Below, one piece after another: positions 58,488 to 64,000 of a stretch of DNA of 64,000 nt; positions within the stretch are counted from its first letter, which is position 1, and each line of letters starts with the position of its first letter. The notes below the pieces were generated by a model. It searched no databases. It was not told the origin of the DNA and saw nothing but the letters and a program-made list of their open reading frames with translations. The DNA is taken from positions 483,944 to 547,943 of IMG/VR virus record IMGVR_UViG_3300033145_003233. The stretch is one strand, 5' to 3'. The position numbers and the translations under genes are program-made.

Positions 58488-61400
58488 TATTTTTCTATTC
58501 CCAACAAAGACAATATTCTTTCAGCATCTTTCTCATTCTCTCCGGTTAGAAAATCAACATTTTCTTTTTCATCATATTTGCCGCAATAAGTTTCTAGATT
58601 ACGCATCAAAACAGGCATCTTCCAACCTAACGCCTCTTTTATAACAACTGGATTACACTCTACCTTAGAAGGAAACAAAAACAAATCCATAGACCCATAA
58701 AAGTTATCTACATCATTTCTTTCTCCCCATATAACACAATTAGAAGATTTATTTTTCATTAAGGGAGACCAATAATGTGCAAAATTACTAGCCTGATTAC
58801 CAACAAAATGAAACTTGATATTCTTATCTTTAAGTAAGAGAGCTATATTAAAAATTTCTTCCTGATTTTTACCAGGAGTAAACAATCCGACATGCAGAAC
58901 ATGGAGGTCACTTGGATTTAATCCTAATTTTTTTAAAGTATCTTCCCTAGAAAGCCTCTCTTTTAACTCTATGGGATATTCTATTACTTCCATAGGAACA
59001 TCAAAATTTTTATACTTTTTTAAATGCCAAGGACTAACAAATAAAAATTTATCTGGTATCCATCTTTTATGAATATCTGGATTAAAAGTAGAATTATGAG
59101 ATGTCTCATATATTGAATATTCTCTATACTCATCATATAACTCTCTACCCAACTCATCAGGAAAACCACTAAAATCAAACAACTCTGGAGCTTCTTCAAT
59201 ATGAACTATATCTGGATTAATTTTTTCTATTATATCTATTAATTTTAATCTATTTCTTACATGAGTTTCTTGATCTTCGTTCAAATTACCTAAAGTATAG
59301 AATTTATCTTCCCCCACCATCTCTATAATAGCATTTCTCTGCACTATAAATCCAGGACCATAAAAAGTGAATTCGACAACATAAATATTAAAATCATCTT
59401 TCATAAGTTCTATTGTTTTTCTTAAAAATTCCGGCATCCCCCCAGTTGAAAGATGTGGAGCAACAAATAAAATTTTTCTCCTATTATCGTTTTCTCCCGC
59501 ATCAATAATATCAAATTTATGTAACAGATCATTATCTTTAACCAAAGATTCTATATACTCTCTTTTCTCTCCACCTGATAAACTTTTTATTTTATCAGAT
59601 ATTATATCATCAGGGTTATTATTTACGACAGTATAAACTTCCTTTAATTTATTAATATTCTCCATAAAAGGAGATCTTGAATATGTTTTTGCTCTATCTC
59701 GAAGAAAATCTATTTCGGTATAAACGAGAAAAACCACATCAAAATCATGGATATATTCAAGAGAATCATTTCCTATCATAATTAATTTTTCAAAACTCCT
59801 CATCCGTTCAAGATGTTCCTTTGTTATATGAGAAAACTCATCACTCATATTCTCTTTAGTAGGTTGAGGATATCCCTCTCCTAAAGAATTATATCCATAC
59901 TCTAAAGTTCCTAAATCATCAATAATAACAAAATCTTTTAAATTATTATTTTCTGCAATAACTTTTCGTATGCATGATTTACCTGAGCTACTTTTCCCGA
60001 TAATAGCTATTTTATTATTCCTACTACAAACATCCAATATTTTTTCTTCTATATTTTTAATATCAACCGTATCTCTAGAACATCTAAAAAACGGTCTACT
60101 ATTAGAAACATCTCCCTTATAGACTATCTCTGTAAAATCTGTATAATCTAAAATATTTCTCATATATTTTTTATAATGTTGAGAATGATGGCCTTCAAAA
60201 TACATAACTTTTTTAGTTCTATTAGATGCTTTGGTTAGTCCCCCATACCTATTTTGTAATTCAATAGTATCTATAACAGAAAGATATAAAACAACATCAA
60301 AATCCGTCAATTGATGCCAGCACAAAGGGCTATCAATATCATCAATATAAAAATCAATATCTAAATTTAATTTTTCATTTAATTCAATAGCTTTTTTGAT
60401 AGCTGTTAAGTCATAATCAATTCCTACTACTTTTTCTGCCCCCCAATTTTTAGACTGAATTGACATTTGCCCCATATTACACCCTACATCCAAAACTGAA
60501 GCTCCGTCAAAATCAGCATTATTAAAATACTGCACCCTGGAAACAACAGAACGCCCCCCTTTGATATTTAAATCTGGTATTTCATGATATCCCGTAAACC
60601 AATTATCACGTTTTGTATAAGGTTGACAATGTTCGTCATTTTCAAAGATTGTACGGGAATAAACTAAATCCCCATCTTCCCCAAAAATTTCAAATATAAT
60701 ACCTTTTAGAGTATGTTTGAGTCTATTCGGCATAAACCAATAAGAGCTTCTGGGATGTAAAATAAATTTATCACTATAAAAATTAGTGTACTCTCCAATC
60801 CCCCTAAGAGCCACAAGATGTCTTTCTACTCCAAAATCAACAAGAGAATGAAAACTTACTTTGATGCGATCAGGATTCTCTAAAAACTCACATTTAATTT
60901 CCATTTTATCTCTAGCATCATAAAATTTTCTATTTCTTAAAATATCTCCAACCTTTTTTAAAACCTGATCTACATTAGGATGACACCCAAATTCGCTCTT
61001 ATTTTCTAAGCAACCTTTTAGTGGTGGTATGCCATGAATATTCCCATGTTCTTCTAACCCATATTTTATATTAGAGGCACAGAATAAATCACAATCCCCC
61101 AAAACATAATCATATTTATAATCTTGACTTCCTCCTCTGAAGGGAGATCTAAATTTAGGATTAATAGAACTGCCTAGCTGAATAATATTTGCATCAGTAG
61201 TGCCAGCCAAATGTAATATACCACTATCCATAACAACTACACATTCTGATTTATTTATAATATGCCAACACTGAGATAAATTAGTTTTATTTAACAGATT
61301 CAACCCAATAGAAATATTGATATCAAAAACAAATTTATCAGGATCATTTGATTTATGACAAAAATCCCTACCGATAGCAACCACAGCAATATTATTATCA

Positions 61401-61867
61401 TTCAATTCATTAATCAATTTTTGCCATTTATTTTTCCCCCAACTTCTAGATTCCCAGGTCATAGTAGGATGAACCACAGCATACCTATCCGGTAAATTGT
61501 CCACCAACTCATATTTATTAGGATAAAAATCTAAAGAACATTCTGAAGGCAAGAGCTGCATACCCATATAGGCAGCATGATATTGCACGATATGCATTCT
61601 ATTATGTTTTAATTCCCCATCCTCTTTAAATAATTTCTGCTCTGGCGTGCCTATTATATGAATAAGAAATTTATTAGATTCTTCATTATAATTTTTATTT
61701 GAGATATTAAAATTATGCTTTACATATGGGTTGTTATCAAAAACCTCTGGGAGATAAGAAAAAACAGTTATTTTTTCATCATATGTCTCATATAACTTTC
61801 TAAGGATGGGAGTAGAGCATAATATATCCCCCATTCCGACACAATCAATCCACAAAGCTTTATCCAT
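58487..61867 (-). CDS. Multidomain GT9 + class I methyltransferase + P-loop + GT4 glycosyltransferase
   Basis: GMGDILCSTP...MDSGILHLAG (GT9); VLDVGCNMG (SAM); IIGKSSSGKS (Walker A); FVAPHLSTGGM...DLFLFPSKVECNPVVIKEAL (GT4). Confidence 0.85.
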   Translation of the reverse strand: MDKALWIDCVGMGDILCSTPILRKLYETYDEKITVFSYLPEVFDNNPYVKHNFNISNKNYNEESNKFLIHIIGTPEQKLFKEDGELKHNRMHIVQYHAAYMGMQLLPSECSLDFYPNKYELVDNLPDRYAVVHPTMTWESRSWGKNKWQKLINELNDNNIAVVAIGRDFCHKSNDPDKFVFDINISIGLNLLNKTNLSQCWHIINKSECVVVMDSGILHLAGTTDANIIQLGSSINPKFRSPFRGGSQDYKYDYVLGDCDLFCASNIKYGLEEHGNIHGIPPLKGCLENKSEFGCHPNVDQVLKKVGDILRNRKFYDARDKMEIKCEFLENPDRIKVSFHSLVDFGVERHLVALRGIGEYTNFYSDKFILHPRSSYWFMPNRLKHTLKGIIFEIFGEDGDLVYSRTIFENDEHCQPYTKRDNWFTGYHEIPDLNIKGGRSVVSRVQYFNNADFDGASVLDVGCNMGQMSIQSKNWGAEKVVGIDYDLTAIKKAIELNEKLNLDIDFYIDDIDSPLCWHQLTDFDVVLYLSVIDTIELQNRYGGLTKASNRTKKVMYFEGHHSQHYKKYMRNILDYTDFTEIVYKGDVSNSRPFFRCSRDTVDIKNIEEKILDVCSRNNKIAIIGKSSSGKSCIRKVIAENNNLKDFVIIDDLGTLEYGYNSLGEGYPQPTKENMSDEFSHITKEHLERMRSFEKLIMIGNDSLEYIHDFDVVFLVYTEIDFLRDRAKTYSRSPFMENINKLKEVYTVVNNNPDDIISDKIKSLSGGEKREYIESLVKDNDLLHKFDIIDAGENDNRRKILFVAPHLSTGGMPEFLRKTIELMKDDFNIYVVEFTFYGPGFIVQRNAIIEMVGEDKFYTLGNLNEDQETHVRNRLKLIDIIEKINPDIVHIEEAPELFDFSGFPDELGRELYDEYREYSIYETSHNSTFNPDIHKRWIPDKFLFVSPWHLKKYKNFDVPMEVIEYPIELKERLSREDTLKKLGLNPSDLHVLHVGLFTPGKNQEEIFNIALLLKDKNIKFHFVGNQASNFAHYWSPLMKNKSSNCVIWGERNDVDNFYGSMDLFLFPSKVECNPVVIKEALGWKMPVLMRNLETYCGKYDEKENVDFLTGENEKDAERILSLLGIEK

Positions 61868-61952
61868 AATTATTCCATAAAAGATGCTTATAATATCAAT
61901 TATATAATCGACATTATAAGCATCGGAAATTAATTAATTACTGACTAAGATA

Positions 61953-64000
61953 TTATAAGAAATTAAAATCTATAGTTTCAGTAACTTCGTTATAAACCAT
62001 TTCTGCTTTAGAGTCAAAAGGATCGCTTTGTTCTTTCATTTGAAAAGCATCTGATTCGATATATCCTAATATATTTAAAGTTCCGCCCCAATCTCCAGAT
62101 GGACCTGACATAGGATCAACAACAAGATCATTCCCATCGAAATAAATACTACCACTATTGATTGTTCCCATAAAAATTCTTTTTCCATCAGCAAAGAACA
62201 TATGATCATCATCATCTACAATAATGCCCGTTTCTTCTAATTCTCCTATTGAGGGGTTATTATATACTGTTTTAACTAATCTATTATCATTAAAAACAGT
62301 AAGTGTAGCTCCACCACCTCCTGCTTCACCTGCTCCATCAGCCCCATCTTGACCAGAGCTTCCGCTACTTCCAGAAGATCCCGAACTTCCACTACTTCCT
62401 GAACTTCCAGAACTTCCTGATGTTCCACTACTACCTGAAGTTCCTGACGAACCACTACTACCTGAACTTCCTGATGTTCCACTACTACCTGAAGTTCCTG
62501 ATGAACCACTACTACCTGAGCTACCAGAAGATCCAGAAGAACCTGATGTTCCACTACTACCTGAACTTCCACTACTACCTGAAGAACCACTGCTGCCAGA
62601 AGTTCCACTACTTCCAGAACTACCTGAAGTCCCACTACTACCTGAAGTTCCTGACGAACCACTACTACCTGAACTACCTGAAGAACCGCTACTACCAGAA
62701 GTTCCTGAACTTCCTGAACTTCCACTACTAACTACCAGAAGTTCCTGAACTTCCACTACTACCTGACGAACCTGAACTTCCACTACTACCAGAAGTTCCT
62801 GAACTTCCGCTACTGCCAGAAGAACCCGAACTACCTGATGTCCCGCTACTTCCCGATGTTCCTGACGAACCACTACTACCTGAACTACCTGAAGAACCGC
62901 TACTACCAGAAGTTCCTGAACTTCCACTACTACCTGAAGAACCTGAACTACCTGAGGTTCCACTACTACCAGAAGTCCCTGAACTTCCACTACTACCTGA
63001 ACTTCCTGAACTACCTGAGGTTCCACTACTACCTGATGAACCTGAAGAGCCACTACTACCTGAACTTCCACTACTACCCGAAGAACCCGAACTACCTGAT
63101 GTTCCCGATTCACCTACAGCACTGGGATCTGCTTCTATAAGAGTAGCATTTACCCAAGCTAAACCATTCCACTTTAAGTACTCATCAATTTGTATATTAG
63201 TAAGAGTAACATCACACAAATCTTCTACATTTAAACAACTTGAAGTAAGATTAAAAATTGTAGTGCAATAATAATTACCACCTATTTCAGTTACTGTGAT
63301 TTCGTCACCATTAACTAAACGAGGTGTAGCACTATTTAAGTCTTCATCTAGTGAAGGATTGTTACCTGCTATTAAGCAAATAACATTTGTAGGTGTTCCA
63401 CCTGGGGTATCTAAGTTACATAAAATAATATTACCTTCAGGAGCATCTTCCTGACAATAAGCTTTCTTACCATACGCAGAAACACCTGAGCTACCTGAAG
63501 AGCCTGAACTACCAGAAGAACCTGAACTTCCACTACTACCTGAAGTTCCTGACGAACCACTACTACCTGAACTTCCTGATGTTCCACTACTACCTGAGCT
63601 TCCTGAAGAACCTGATGTTCCACTACTACCTGATGTTCCCGAAGAACCACTACTACCAGAAGAACCACTACTACCTGAACTTCCTGATGTTCCCGAAGAA
63701 CCGCTACTTCCAGAACTTCCTGAGCTACCTGATGTTCCGCTACTACCTGAAGTTCCTGAAGAACCGCTACTTCCAGAACTTCCACTACTACCTGATGTTC
63801 CACTACTCCCTGAAGATCCACTACTACCTGAACTACCTGAAGATCCTGAGCTTCCTGATTCTCCTACAGCACTAGGATCTGCTTCCGTAAGAGTAGCATT
63901 AACCCATGCAGAACCATTCCACTTTAAGTATTCATCTAGTTTAAGATCAGTTAAAGTAACATCATCTAAATCTTCCAAATTGAAAGCTTCAGCAGCAAGA
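61953..64000 (-). CDS. Ser/Gly/Thr-repeat (SSG/TSG) virion fibre-like protein, 5'-partial, with a frameshift at ~62730
   Basis: Frame is open from the right edge to TAG 62728; the repeat continues in another frame to IDFNFL* 61953. Duplicated spacer EDLxDVTLT..DEYLKWNG.AWVNATL.EADPSAVGESG. Confidence 0.75.

Noticed and set aside
62276-63875. Val/Gln-rich and His/Tyr/Leu-rich alternative-frame ORFs over the SSG repeats
   Set aside because: Frame and strand shadows of the 9-nt repeat.
1-64000. Stop-codon reassignment
   Set aside because: Very long ORFs are intact in code 11, and TAA, TAG and TGA all end genes followed by RBS or start of the next.
1-64000. tRNA, rRNA, integrase or tail sheath genes
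   Set aside because: None recognised by eye; a tRNAscan/Infernal run is needed to be certain.

Overview
64-kb, AT-rich fragment of a large tailed bacteriophage (Caudoviricetes). Essentially all genes are on the minus strand, use standard code 11 and have AGGAG-type ribosome-binding sites. In transcription order (right to left) the window holds: a frameshifted Ser/Gly-repeat virion protein; a glycan-modification cluster (GT9-methyltransferase-P-loop-GT4 fusion, FkbM methyltransferase, Aah/TibC-type protein O-heptosyltransferase fused to a GT2-like domain); a modular array of LamG and poly-Ser adhesin-like proteins; further GT-like, S8 protease and virion genes; a LAGLIDADG homing endonuclease; an accessory region of small genes (patatin, macro domain, HIT-like, SEC-C, outer-membrane beta-barrel); a DNA adenine methylase; an actin-like ATPase; and a neck/tail module ending in a 5139-aa tape-measure-like protein. 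The host looks diderm (beta-barrel with terminal Phe, heptosyltransferases, sigma54 and sigma70 promoters). Strongest leads: (1) a shared C-terminal peptide tag [NS]R[FYL][ED]ILDL on eight unrelated small proteins; (2) a probable phage-encoded serine O-glycosylation system for poly-Ser virion proteins; (3) an actin-like gene inside the head-tail module; (4) a lone antisense sigma54 promoter-terminator unit. All family calls come from motif recognition by eye. No database search was run.
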